From: an uncultured Pseudomonadota bacterium
Lineage (GTDB): Bacteria; Pseudomonadota; Alphaproteobacteria; RF32; CAG-239
DNA: 64,000 nt
Reading direction: 5' to 3'
NCBI GenBank assembly: GCA_949300375.1
Contig: CASGEB010000001.1
Coordinates: forward strand, 12,468 to 76,467
Made by a program: the position numbers and the translations under genes. The notes below the pieces were generated by a model, which was given only the letters and a program-made list of their open reading frames with translations, was not told where the DNA came from and did not search any database. Positions 10,916-20,552 of this stretch are shown piece by piece; position 1 is the stretch's first letter, and each line of letters opens with the position of its first letter.

Positions 10916-13784
10916 TATCTTTCACCGACCATTCTTTTATTCTTGCCAAATGTTCATAATCCGAATATTCCGGGATATTTTTCGGATTCGGCTGGCAGAC
11001 ATAGGCTGTTGTTTCAAACTCAAAATCACTGATGTATTGGCGGAGGATTTCAAGATTATCGCTCAGAACCTGTGCTATATCGCCGGAAATTTCCGTTTCC
11101 TGCCGTCCAAGCTGCCAATAAAGCAGTTTATCAACTTTCCGGGCAGAAAGATTTTCAAAACCGCCGCCTTCTGCAATAATACCTTCTATTGGCAGTTGAG
11201 GCGCTTTTCCTGTTCGCACTTCTTTTGCTTTTCTCGCCCGGCCGGTTTTATAATCAATAATATTAATCTTCCCGTCTTTGGTAATATCCACCCTGTCGGC
11301 AATCGCTTTCAATGTAAAATCCCGTCCGGCCGTTTTAATCGTCAAAGCACCGGGAACCTCGGTATTGACCTGTGCAATCTGTGGTCGGTAAGATTTCTCC
11401 CGACGCAAAAACCAATCAACCGATTTTTCAAAATTAGGCCACCAGAAAGCCCTTGTTTCCTGCGCAACCTTATTTTCGGCAAAATAAGCCTCTCCCAGGC
11501 TCATCAGCTCTTCACGGGCATTTTCCGGCAGTTGGCCGGGATACTTTTCGTTAAAAGCCTGCAAAACGGCATGAACGATTGTCCCGTAATCGGAAAAATC
11601 AAGTTTCTGCTCTACTTCCTCCAAAGGTTTTAGCTTTAAAATATAGCGGGCATAAATCTCATAAGGATCGCGCATCCATTTTTCAATTGCGCTTGCCGAC
11701 AAAGCGTCCGGCCGCAGTCTGACCGGAGGCCGAGGAGCCGGCGGGTTCAATCGGATAAAGTCATCAGGTTCGTCAAATTTTCCTGCCCAATAGCCATAAG
11801 GTTTAAGCTCCCGTTCAACAATTTTCTGTCCCAAAGCTTTCAACACCGTTTCCAAACGCAGCCACCAGCGCGACTTGACCATCGGCGTTCCCTGAACACG
11901 TTCGGCACGCGTAAGATAAACCTCCTTGCCGCACAACAAACGGGCAAAATCCAGCGCCGCAATTCCAACCGCCTTTTCCGGCAGAGGAAAACCAAAATCT
12001 TTTTTCATTGGGCGGGACATCCATGGATCAGAAGAAACCGCTCTGGGCCAGCTTCCTTCATTGACCTCGCCGACAATGACAACATCAAAACTGTTCAGCC
12101 GCGCCTCTATCGGGCCCAGAATTTTCAAACGGGGATGCCCTCCGAATTTCGGACGAACGTTAACACCGGCCATAAAAGCCTCTAGCAGGCCGCCGTAATC
12201 AGAAGTTTCAATTTCGCCCAAAACTTCGGCATTTTCATACAAATCGGCAACAAACTGCGCGGCTGCTTCGCCGTCATCGCCCCGCCACAAAACCTGCTCA
12301 CCATCTTGTTCCGGCGTACGAGCCAATAATTCAGCCGTTTTTATATGGCATAACAGCAAATCTTTCAAAGAGCTTTTTGTATTTTTCAGCATCTCTGAAA
12401 ACTTTGCCAGTTGCACAGATATTTCACGAAGAAAATCTTCAAGTCTGCCGTCATCGCCTATGGCGTTCCGCCACCATTTTTCCAAATCTCGGACACAAAG
12501 GCGGATATCCGACGCTTCTCTGCCCAGTCGAAACAACGGATGCTTCAGCAAAGCTAACAACTTAAGCCGCGATTCGCTCTCAGCCGCCTGAATAACCAGC
12601 CGCAAAAAAATGCCGATAGGCGTCAAACTTAACGGACGACCTGCAGAATCATCCACTTGAATATCCCAACGCTCCAATTCCGCCGCTGTCCGCCGGGCCA
12701 AATTTCTGTCCGGCGTAACCAATGCCGCCGTTTTTCCCGGCGTTTCCAAAACCTCGCGCATAATCAAAGCAATCGCCAGCGCTTCTTCGCGCAAATCCGT
12801 GCAATTTAACAGATTAACCTGCTCCCATGCCTGCCGGTCCAACCCTTTTTGCCCGATGTCAAGCCAACGCTCCGTTACCTTTGCCGGACGCATAACTTCT
12901 GAGACAAATAATTCCCGTTGCGTATTTTCGGCCAGGCAAACGTCAACAACCAATTCCCGCGGCATATCCAGATATTCCAACAGCTGCTTAAGCTCAAACT
13001 GCGGATGCGTTTCATCAACGGCATTCCAGCTTTCATCGTCAAGTTTCCTGTCCAACGCCGATAACCAGAGTTCTCCGTTCGGCAAATCAAGAACCGTCTT
13101 AACCAGCTTTTTCATCAACGGATAAGTTGCCGTTGTTCCGGCAATAACAATCCTTTTCGCCGGACGGTTCTGCTGCCAGATGTCGCATTGCACCTCCAAC
13201 AACCGATTGCGTCGCTCGGCCGGGTCAATAACCTGCCTTTCTTGTAAAATCAACGGCCAATATTCGGTAATAATCTTTAAAAATTTCAGAGTTTCCTGCC
13301 AATGCTCGGCATAATCCGCCGGCACAAGCTTTTCCAGTTCCGAAAAGTCAAGCTGTTCATTTTCGGCCAGATCAATCAGCCCGGAAAGTTCCTGCGCCAG
13401 ATAACAGGCCTGGTTCAAAGACATTTTTTCCATTCCGAAATCGCCGGGCTTGGCCATAATAATCTTGGCAAACAAAAGATTGCGTTCTGTTGCGCTGACT
13501 GCCGGAAACATCCCGGCCAAATACTGCCGGCCGCCGCCACCGGTCAAAAACAACTCATCTTCTTCTGCCTCGCCGAGCGGCATCATCCGCGGCAAAAGCA
13601 TCGGAGAGAGCCCCTCTTCCCGCACAAAAGCCTCAGCCAGAGCTTTAACGGCCCGGCGGTTTGGCAGCAAAAACAAGACATCGGCCAAAGCCGTTCTGTC
13701 ATTTTGATATTCTTGCAAAAATTTTCGGGCAAGAACGTCAACAAAGCCGCAGCTGGCGGGAATATTATAAATCTTCCTTTTCAT
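10905..13784 (-). CDS. addB: Double-strand break repair protein AddB (alphaproteobacterial type)
   Basis: 959 aa lying directly upstream of and overlapping addA. The C-terminal PD-(D/E)xK-like motif is DRVDIT..INIIDYKTG. Confidence 0.85.
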   Translation of the reverse strand: MKRKIYNIPASCGFVDVLARKFLQEYQNDRTALADVLFLLPNRRAVKALAEAFVREEGLSPMLLPRMMPLGEAEEDELFLTGGGGRQYLAGMFPAVSATERNLLFAKIIMAKPGDFGMEKMSLNQACYLAQELSGLIDLAENEQLDFSELEKLVPADYAEHWQETLKFLKIITEYWPLILQERQVIDPAERRNRLLEVQCDIWQQNRPAKRIVIAGTTATYPLMKKLVKTVLDLPNGELWLSALDRKLDDESWNAVDETHPQFELKQLLEYLDMPRELVVDVCLAENTQRELFVSEVMRPAKVTERWLDIGQKGLDRQAWEQVNLLNCTDLREEALAIALIMREVLETPGKTAALVTPDRNLARRTAAELERWDIQVDDSAGRPLSLTPIGIFLRLVIQAAESESRLKLLALLKHPLFRLGREASDIRLCVRDLEKWWRNAIGDDGRLEDFLREISVQLAKFSEMLKNTKSSLKDLLLCHIKTAELLARTPEQDGEQVLWRGDDGEAAAQFVADLYENAEVLGEIETSDYGGLLEAFMAGVNVRPKFGGHPRLKILGPIEARLNSFDVVIVGEVNEGSWPRAVSSDPWMSRPMKKDFGFPLPEKAVGIAALDFARLLCGKEVYLTRAERVQGTPMVKSRWWLRLETVLKALGQKIVERELKPYGYWAGKFDEPDDFIRLNPPAPRPPVRLRPDALSASAIEKWMRDPYEIYARYILKLKPLEEVEQKLDFSDYGTIVHAVLQAFNEKYPGQLPENAREELMSLGEAYFAENKVAQETRAFWWPNFEKSVDWFLRREKSYRPQIAQVNTEVPGALTIKTAGRDFTLKAIADRVDITKDGKINIIDYKTGRARKAKEVRTGKAPQLPIEGIIAEGGGFENLSARKVDKLLYWQLGRQETEISGDIAQVLSDNLEILRQYISDFEFETTAYVCQPNPKNIPEYSDYEHLARIKEWSVKDNED

Positions 13785-13929
13785 ACCGGCAAGTTTAAGA
13801 CAGATTCCCGATTAGTCAACCCCAAACACGGAAAACCTGAATATACTGCACAATTTATTAAAATTTCCAAACAAAGGGTTGCCTTTGCCGCAAGAATGGA
13901 ATAAAAGAAAAGCAGATAAGGAAAGTTAA

Positions 13930-14679
13930 GTGCAGCAAGATTTCAACTCAAAAATAAACGACTATGAAAACAACCGCCTCCCGTCCAAGCTGGCGGCTCT
14001 TCGCATTGCCGGAGAATATCTGCAGACACGCATCCGCAACGGCTCAAACCCGAAAATCATTTATGAGCACGGCGTTCATGTTTTCAACGTTGCCAAAATC
14101 GCCCGCGCCATCGCCCGTGAAACCGGCGGCGAAATAAACCCCGAAACAGCCTATATTTTGGGACTCCTGCATGATGTCGGACGTGTTAAGGATGAAACGG
14201 TAACCATGGTGCCGCACGGCATTGAAGGCTACCGCTACCTGACCAAACTCGGTTATCCGGGAGCTGCTCCGATATGTTTAACCCACAATTTTATCGATAA
14301 AGACATCAAACCGGGAGATTATCCGACTTACAGCCCGGCATTATTCAACCAGACCAAAGGCTTTCTGTCACAAATCGAATATAACGATTATGACCGGCTG
14401 ATTCAGCTCGGCGATTTGTTCTCCCGCGGAAAAGAAATCCTCAGCATCCGCCAGCGGCTTGATAAAAACAAACAATTTTACAAGATAAAAAAACTCTCCT
14501 ACGAAGACAAAGCTTTTGCCTTAAGAGACTATTTCGATGACAAATTCGGCATTGACGTTGAAAAAATCGTTGCCGATGAATTTGACCTGACCAAACACAC
14601 CAACGGCACAATCACAATCTTTCTGCTTCCCAACAAATATGCTTACGCACAGGAGCGCCGTTTTAGTTTGGTAAAATAA
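13930..14679 (+). CDS. HD-domain phosphohydrolase family protein
   Basis: 249 aa with a GTG start behind an aagga SD. The metal-binding motif is H..GLLHDVGR. The 3' end overlaps the convergent nucleotidyltransferase gene by 37 nt. Confidence 0.6.
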   Translation: MQQDFNSKINDYENNRLPSKLAALRIAGEYLQTRIRNGSNPKIIYEHGVHVFNVAKIARAIARETGGEINPETAYILGLLHDVGRVKDETVTMVPHGIEGYRYLTKLGYPGAAPICLTHNFIDKDIKPGDYPTYSPALFNQTKGFLSQIEYNDYDRLIQLGDLFSRGKEILSIRQRLDKNKQFYKIKKLSYEDKAFALRDYFDDKFGIDVEKIVADEFDLTKHTNGTITIFLLPNKYAYAQERRFSLVK

Positions 14680-15380
14680 TCCTCGGCAATTGCCGTCGCT
14701 TCCGGATTGCCGACATGAAACCATTTTCCCTGATGAATATAATACCCCAGCCGTTTTTCCCGTTCCAAACGGTCAAAAATATCTATCAGCCAATAACGCC
14801 CCTCCGGCTCATTATCAAAAACCCGCGGATGAACAATCAAAACACCGCCGTATAAATATGCGGCTTTAGCTTCCCGGTCGCGCCGACGTTCCAAAGAGCC
14901 GTCGGCTTTAATGTTATAATCGCCGTTTCTGGCCGTATCATAAGCATTTTCTAGCGGTTGCAGCATTAACATCATATCATATTTTTCACCGTCCCAGGCA
15001 TTCATCATATCTTGAATCAGACAATGCCCCGGCGCCTCTGTCCACAAAGCATCACTGTTAACGACCACAAAAGCCTCCCGCCGCATTTTCGGCAAAGCGT
15101 GTTTTATACCGCCGCCGGTTTCCAAAGCCTCTTCTTCTTCCGAAAAAATAAAATTCAAGCCTCCCTTTTGCCGCAAATGATTTTTAATCATCTCGCCTTT
15201 ATAACAGAGATTAACAATACAATCTTTTATCCCTGCTTCCTGCAAACGCTCGACATTATAATCAATCAGAGCCTTTCCGGCAACTTCGACCAGCGGTTTG
15301 GGCTTGTCATCCGTCAGTTGCAACATTCTTTTACCGCGCCCGGCCGCTAAAATAAAAGCTTGAATAATTTTTTCCGGCAT
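14643..15380 (-). CDS. Sugar-phosphate nucleotidyltransferase (MurU-like)
   Basis: 245 aa with the N-terminal LAAGRGKRM signature of NTP-transferases. It is packed 3 nt downstream of rdgB. Confidence 0.7.
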   Translation of the reverse strand: MPEKIIQAFILAAGRGKRMLQLTDDKPKPLVEVAGKALIDYNVERLQEAGIKDCIVNLCYKGEMIKNHLRQKGGLNFIFSEEEEALETGGGIKHALPKMRREAFVVVNSDALWTEAPGHCLIQDMMNAWDGEKYDMMLMLQPLENAYDTARNGDYNIKADGSLERRRDREAKAAYLYGGVLIVHPRVFDNEPEGRYWLIDIFDRLEREKRLGYYIHQGKWFHVGNPEATAIAEDYFTKLKRRSCA

Positions 15381-15383
15381 TTT

Positions 15384-15992
15384 CTATTCCTTCGCAAAAC
15401 ACGCGGCTATCATCTTGTCAAACGCCCGGCCGCGATGAGAAACTTTGGCTTTTTCATCGGGCAAAAAATTGGCAAAAGTCTTGTCAAAACCATCAGGCAC
15501 GAACACCGGATCAAAACCAAACCCTTTGTCACCGCTTTTTTCGGGAACGATTCTGCCGTTAACCCTGCCTTCAAAAAATTTTGTTTCCTGCCCGGGAACG
15601 GCCAAAGCCAGAACACAGGAAAAATGTGCCGACCAGTCAGACGTTCCACAGCTTTGCAACTCGCCGACAAGCTTGTCCATCGCTTTGTCAAAATCACGTT
15701 TGCCGTTAGCATCTTTCGGAGCATAACGGGCTGAATAGACGCCCGGACGTCCGTCCAGAGCATCAACGCACAAACCGGAATCATCGCCGAGACATGGAAA
15801 ACCGGAAATTTTTGCCAGTGTTTCCGCTTTCAGACGTGCATTTTCTTCAAAAGTCGTTCCGGTCTCTTCAACATCCGGCAGATTCAGTTCATCGGCTGAA
15901 ACAACCTCAACCCGAAAAGGTGCCAGCATCTTGCGGATCTCGGCAACTTTACCCTGATTATGCGAGGCAATGACAATTTTTTGCAAATTCAT
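15384..15992 (-). CDS. rdgB: dITP/XTP pyrophosphatase (Ham1/RdgB family)
   Basis: 202 aa. Ham1-family similarity runs throughout (IASHNQGK.., FGFDP.F.P). It abuts the rph stop with no gap, the conserved rph-rdgB pair. Confidence 0.9.
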   Translation of the reverse strand: MNLQKIVIASHNQGKVAEIRKMLAPFRVEVVSADELNLPDVEETGTTFEENARLKAETLAKISGFPCLGDDSGLCVDALDGRPGVYSARYAPKDANGKRDFDKAMDKLVGELQSCGTSDWSAHFSCVLALAVPGQETKFFEGRVNGRIVPEKSGDKGFGFDPVFVPDGFDKTFANFLPDEKAKVSHRGRAFDKMIAACFAKE

Positions 15993-16706
15993 TTACTTAA
16001 TCTCCAAAGCTTCTTTTTGTTTGACAATCAGCTCGGCAATTCCTTTTTTCGCCAGACCGAAAAGTTTGGCATATTGCGCCTCGTCAAAAGGCTTTTCCTC
16101 TGCCGTTCCCTGAATTTCAACAATTTTTCCGCTTTCGGTCAAAACAAAGTTCATATCCGCCTGCGCCGAAGAATCTTCCAGATAATCCACATCCAAAATT
16201 TCTTCTCCGTTATGAATGGCACAAGAAATTGCCGCAACAAATTCCCGAATGGGATTAACCAAAAGTTTGCCCTCTTTGCGCAGTTTCTCAATTGCCAGAT
16301 ACAAAGCAACAAAACCGCCGGTAATCGAAGCCGTCCGGGTTCCGCCGTCAGCCTGGATAACATCGCAGTCAATGCAAAAGGACATATCTTTTAATTTTTC
16401 CAAATCCACCACCGAACGCAGCGCTCTGCCGACCAGGCGCTGAATCTCCTGCGTCCGCCCGGACGGTTTGGTTGTCTCCCGGGGCACGCGTACTTGGGTA
16501 GAACGCGGCAGCATACCATATTCTGCCGTAATCCAGCCGCGGTTTTGTCCCTTAAGCCAGGTCGGAACCTTATCCTGCACGCTGGCCGTACAAACCACAT
16601 GCGTCCCGCCGCATTTTATCAAACAGGAGCCTTCGGCATACGGATTAAAATTCGGAATAATTTCCACATCTCTGATTTCGTCATTTTTTCTTTGTGAATG
16701 TCTCAT
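15993..16706 (-). CDS. rph: Ribonuclease PH
   Basis: The likely start is MRHSQR (ATG at 16706, agga SD); the ORF-track start at 16724 adds 6 aa. RNase PH similarity runs throughout ([30 protein letters not shown]). Confidence 0.93.
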   Translation of the reverse strand: MRHSQRKNDEIRDVEIIPNFNPYAEGSCLIKCGGTHVVCTASVQDKVPTWLKGQNRGWITAEYGMLPRSTQVRVPRETTKPSGRTQEIQRLVGRALRSVVDLEKLKDMSFCIDCDVIQADGGTRTASITGGFVALYLAIEKLRKEGKLLVNPIREFVAAISCAIHNGEEILDVDYLEDSSAQADMNFVLTESGKIVEIQGTAEEKPFDEAQYAKLFGLAKKGIAELIVKQKEALEIK

Positions 16707-16730
16707 AATTTTTAGTCCTAACAATTACGG

Positions 16731-18755
16731 CTATGCTATCTTGCCGGTTTTAAACAAATGATAATATTTATATACGCTGCCGTTTTCCACATCCCAGCTA
16801 AAATCTTTTTCCATAGCTCTGACGGCCATTTGCTGCAGCTTATCCGCCTCGTGTTCAAAAACCTCCGTACTTTTTTTCAAAACGTCGGCAAAAGCGTCAA
16901 CATTGTTTTTGAGTTTTTTGGCATCTTTCTCCGTCCCGAAAACCTGCTCGTTTTCGCCGTAAAATACCAGCGTCCGGAAACCGTCAACCCCGTCTTCTAT
17001 CGTATCAACCAATCCGCCGGTTGACATTGCAGCCGGTAATGTTCCTTTTGCCATTGCTTCCATCTGGGTAAGCCCGCAAGGCTCAAAACGGCAGGGCATC
17101 ATATAAAAATCGCTGGCCAGCTGAATAACATAGGCAAATTCGTCTTTATAACCGCGAAAAACAAAAATCCGCTTTGCCGCTTCCGGATCCTTCACCGCCA
17201 CATAGTCCTTCAACCTGGTCAAATATTCAAAATAACGAGCATCTCCGGCACCGCCCAAAACCCAAATCGGCGCTTCCCGGTATTTACGCGCGGACAAAAA
17301 TTTGATAATCGCTTCCGCGGCAATATCATAACCTTTTTGCTCCACCAGGCGGCTGGTCGCGCAAAACATCGGAATATCGGCACATTTGTCAGCCAAAGAT
17401 GAAATATCGTCAAACTTATAAAAATCCACCAGCGGCAGCGTCTTCTGCTTAAATCCGTCATCTGCCGCCAACTTGGAAATCAGCTTGATAAACTCTTTTT
17501 TATTATGCTTTTTGACCCCGACATCCTTTTCGTTATAACATCTGAAATCGGTTCCGTCAAAATAACGGTTAATCCGCTCAAGTTTATCGGCCAGCGGAGC
17601 TATCAGCTTTTTGTCATACCCGTTGACAATGCCGAAGAAATTTCCGTTTTTCTGACGCTGAGCAAGCAGTTCGGCAAAATCATAACCAAACTCTTTTTTA
17701 GAAACCTCCTGCGCATAATTCTTTGAAACCGTCACCAAGCGGTCGGCCAGTTGAAGATTGCAGCCGGCCTGATTATAAGTATCGCTGACAACCAGAGTTT
17801 TCTCAATGCGGGGATTGTTTTTCAGACAAGGTTCTGCCGACAAAAGGATTGGTTTAACGGCGTCTTCGTAAAGAGAATTAAGAATTTTGACGGTATTTTC
17901 ATAATCCCAGCCCTGATATCCCATATGATGAATCAGATGAATAATCGGAATATTGCAGATTTTGTCTGCCAAAATTTTATCCATCCGCCCCTGTGCGCGG
18001 CGATAAGCCGCCAGATATTTGCACAAACCGGCCAACGCGCCGCTATGCCAGTCATTGGCTATCAGAATGTTTGGCACATTAAGCTGCGGAAATTTTCCCG
18101 ATAAAATATTTTCAAGCAAAACAAAAACACATTTTGAAAAAAATGCAAAACGCTCAACCTCATTAACGCCGAGCTTATTAAAAACATAGCAGCCGTCCAA
18201 ACATCCCGGATTCCGATAATCCGTTGTAATGGTAAAAAAGCGCCGGTTAGCCAGAAAGATATAACTGCAGCGTCCGTCGTCAGCGGAATAAACCTTCACG
18301 CTAAACCGGCGGACAACTCGGTTTTTGCCGACAAACGGCACATTAATTTCACCAATTTTTGTGATATTGACCGAACGATTTTCGGCACCTGTATAAACAT
18401 TTTTGCGGAGAGTGGCTTTTTTGTGGGAAGTATCGCCGGTATAAAGGGGGGTAACAACGCTAATTCTGTCGCCTCCGGGAGCAAACACCCGGTTAAAAGC
18501 TTCCGGAAGTTCGGTGGCGACAACGCCGAGCCCCCCGACTTTCATAAAGGTTGCCGTCTCGGAAGAAATCATCCAGGCTTCGATTTTTTCAATCTGCGGC
18601 CATTTTTTCAAAGACATACATTGCTCTTTTGCAACCCCTTTTAGATATTCTTCAATCTTATCAACGCGCTCCGGCAAAAATTTCAAATAGTCCTGATAAT
18701 TATGTTTAGACAACAAACTTGAACCCATTTTTCCTTTCACAGGTTTGTGCTTCAT
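16731..18755 (-). CDS. GT5 glycogen/starch-synthase-like glycosyltransferase, unusually long
   Basis: It carries the KVGGLG motif (FMKVGGLGVVATELPEAF), SRLVEQKG and a C-terminal FEPCGLTQMEAM motif. The maximal ORF starts with TTG at 18842. The ATG at 18755 has a gagag SD, so the start is uncertain. Confidence 0.75.
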   Translation of the reverse strand: MKHKPVKGKMGSSLLSKHNYQDYLKFLPERVDKIEEYLKGVAKEQCMSLKKWPQIEKIEAWMISSETATFMKVGGLGVVATELPEAFNRVFAPGGDRISVVTPLYTGDTSHKKATLRKNVYTGAENRSVNITKIGEINVPFVGKNRVVRRFSVKVYSADDGRCSYIFLANRRFFTITTDYRNPGCLDGCYVFNKLGVNEVERFAFFSKCVFVLLENILSGKFPQLNVPNILIANDWHSGALAGLCKYLAAYRRAQGRMDKILADKICNIPIIHLIHHMGYQGWDYENTVKILNSLYEDAVKPILLSAEPCLKNNPRIEKTLVVSDTYNQAGCNLQLADRLVTVSKNYAQEVSKKEFGYDFAELLAQRQKNGNFFGIVNGYDKKLIAPLADKLERINRYFDGTDFRCYNEKDVGVKKHNKKEFIKLISKLAADDGFKQKTLPLVDFYKFDDISSLADKCADIPMFCATSRLVEQKGYDIAAEAIIKFLSARKYREAPIWVLGGAGDARYFEYLTRLKDYVAVKDPEAAKRIFVFRGYKDEFAYVIQLASDFYMMPCRFEPCGLTQMEAMAKGTLPAAMSTGGLVDTIEDGVDGFRTLVFYGENEQVFGTEKDAKKLKNNVDAFADVLKKSTEVFEHEADKLQQMAVRAMEKDFSWDVENGSVYKYYHLFKTGKIA

Positions 18756-18898
18756 TTTTACTCTCTCAACCCGGCAGACACAATGTAGCTTATCCCCCAT
18801 ATTTTGGACATCAGAGACTTCTGCTATTGACTTGTCTGCCAATAATTACTAAATATCTTATATATACAATCAATATCCTAAATTTTAAAGAGGAAAAG

Positions 18899-19498
18899 AT
18901 GAAAAAAGAAAAAATAGTTGATAACCAAAATCCTGAGGAAATCCAAGCTCCGGAAGATATTGAAGACACCGAAGAAACCACCGGAAAAGACATTGAAGAA
19001 CAAGAGGAAGAAGCCATTGATTTCAGTCAGGAAATTGAAAAACTGAAAGCCGAAAATCTCTCTTTAAAAAATGAGTTTTTAAGAGCTTACGCCGATGCGG
19101 AAAATACCAAAAAACGCTGCGCTCAGGAAATTGAAAAAAACACCAAATATGCCATTTCATCTTTTGCCAAAGACCTGCTGAACGTTGCCGATAACCTGCA
19201 CCGCGCGATTGAAGCCTTGCCGGATGCAGAAAAGTCCAAATGCGAAGAGGCAAAAAACCTGCTGAAAGGTGTTGAACTGACCGAAACGGAGTTAATGAAA
19301 GTCTTTAAGAAATTCGGCATTCAAAAAGTAGAAAGCCTGGGAAAAGTCTTTGACCCAAATTACCAAAGAGTTATTCAGGAAGTTGAAGACAAAGAAAAAC
19401 CGGCCGGTACCATTGTTGCCGAACTGCAAACCGGGTATATGATTAATGACCGCATTTTGCGCGAGGCAATGGTCGTCGTTACCAAAGGCGGCAACTAA
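18899..19498 (+). CDS. grpE: Nucleotide exchange factor GrpE
   Basis: The start is MKKEK behind an agaggaaaag SD; the ORF-track start at 18719 overlaps the divergent gene and is unlikely. GrpE similarity includes RAYADAENTKKR and FDPNYQ. Confidence 0.92.
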   Translation: MKKEKIVDNQNPEEIQAPEDIEDTEETTGKDIEEQEEEAIDFSQEIEKLKAENLSLKNEFLRAYADAENTKKRCAQEIEKNTKYAISSFAKDLLNVADNLHRAIEALPDAEKSKCEEAKNLLKGVELTETELMKVFKKFGIQKVESLGKVFDPNYQRVIQEVEDKEKPAGTIVAELQTGYMINDRILREAMVVVTKGGN

Positions 19499-19518
19499 CT
19501 GTTAATAATTCAGAATGT

Positions 19519-19549
19519 AAAACTCCGGAAAACACTTCCGGAGTTTTTT
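19519..19549 (+). terminator. Rho-independent terminator after grpE
   Basis: A 12-bp perfect stem aaaactccggaa/ttccggagtttt with a 5-nt loop and a T run. Confidence 0.85.
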
Positions 19550-19560
19550 ATATATTTGGT

Positions 19561-19796
19561 AACCACAAAACACAGTTTTATAAAAGGCTGGTGCTACGCA
19601 GTTACTTTCCAACAACGTGTACCAAACAGATACACGAGGAAAAAAGAAACAAGCATGACCGATCTTAAAAAATTAAAACTTGATATATGAGGCAGATAAT
19701 AAGAAAAGGAAATTTTGGCGACAGGAGTGTATAAAAACATACATGACTTAGCCAAAATTTCCTTTTCTGTATTAGGTGCCCATAGAGCAAGTTTTA
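19561..19796. repeat. Nested-palindrome element locus 1: degenerate A-type unit plus intact B-type unit
   Basis: The B unit has lower stem aagaaaaggaaattttggc/gccaaaatttccttttct and upper stem tgtat/ataca. The right end gcaagttttaaa contains the fabG stop codon. Confidence 0.8.
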
Positions 19797-20531
19797 AATC
19801 ATGGCCATTCCGCCATTGATATTAATAGTCTGCCCCGTAATATACTGCGCCTCATCGGAAGCCAAAAATGCCACAACATTGGCAATATCCTGAGCTTCAC
19901 CGAGCTTGCCTTCCGGAATTTTCGCCAACAGGGCTTTTTTAACATCTTCCGGCAAAACATCAGTCATCGGCGTACGGATAAAGCCCGGCGCAATCGAGTT
20001 TACGGTAATGCCGCGGGAACCGACTTCCTGAGCCAGACATTTGTTCATGGCAATCATACCGGCCTTGGAAGCGGAATAGTTGGCTTGGCCGGCATTCCCG
20101 GTAACACCGACAACCGAGGCAATACCGATGATACGGCCGTAACGGCGTTTCATCATACCGCGAACGGCAGCTTTTGCCAATTTGAAACCGGCGGAAAGGT
20201 TAACATCCAAAACCAGCTGCCAGTCTTCATCACTCATTCTGATAAAGAGATTGTCGCGTGTCAAACCGGCATTATTTACCAAAATATCAATACGGCCGAG
20301 CTTTTCCTCAACTTTTTCAACCAAAGACTTTACATCTTCAGGATTTGTCAGGTTAGCCGTAAAGACCTCAACATTGGAACCGAGTTCTTCTTTCAGTTTA
20401 AGCATTGGTTCTTCGCGCATATCGGTCAAAGCCAATGTAGCGCCCTGAGCATGCAGCGTCCGGGCGATTTTATCACCCAAACCGCCGGCGGCACCGGTAA
20501 TCAGGGCAATTTTTCCATCTAATCTAAACAT
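19794..20531 (-). CDS. fabG: 3-oxoacyl-[acyl-carrier-protein] reductase FabG
   Basis: 245 aa SDR with TGAAGGLG, NNAG and the YSASKAG catalytic motif. It lies directly downstream of fabD. Confidence 0.93.
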   Translation of the reverse strand: MFRLDGKIALITGAAGGLGDKIARTLHAQGATLALTDMREEPMLKLKEELGSNVEVFTANLTNPEDVKSLVEKVEEKLGRIDILVNNAGLTRDNLFIRMSDEDWQLVLDVNLSAGFKLAKAAVRGMMKRRYGRIIGIASVVGVTGNAGQANYSASKAGMIAMNKCLAQEVGSRGITVNSIAPGFIRTPMTDVLPEDVKKALLAKIPEGKLGEAQDIANVVAFLASDEAQYITGQTININGGMAMI

Positions 20532-20552
20532 TTGTTTTCTCCATATAACGAG

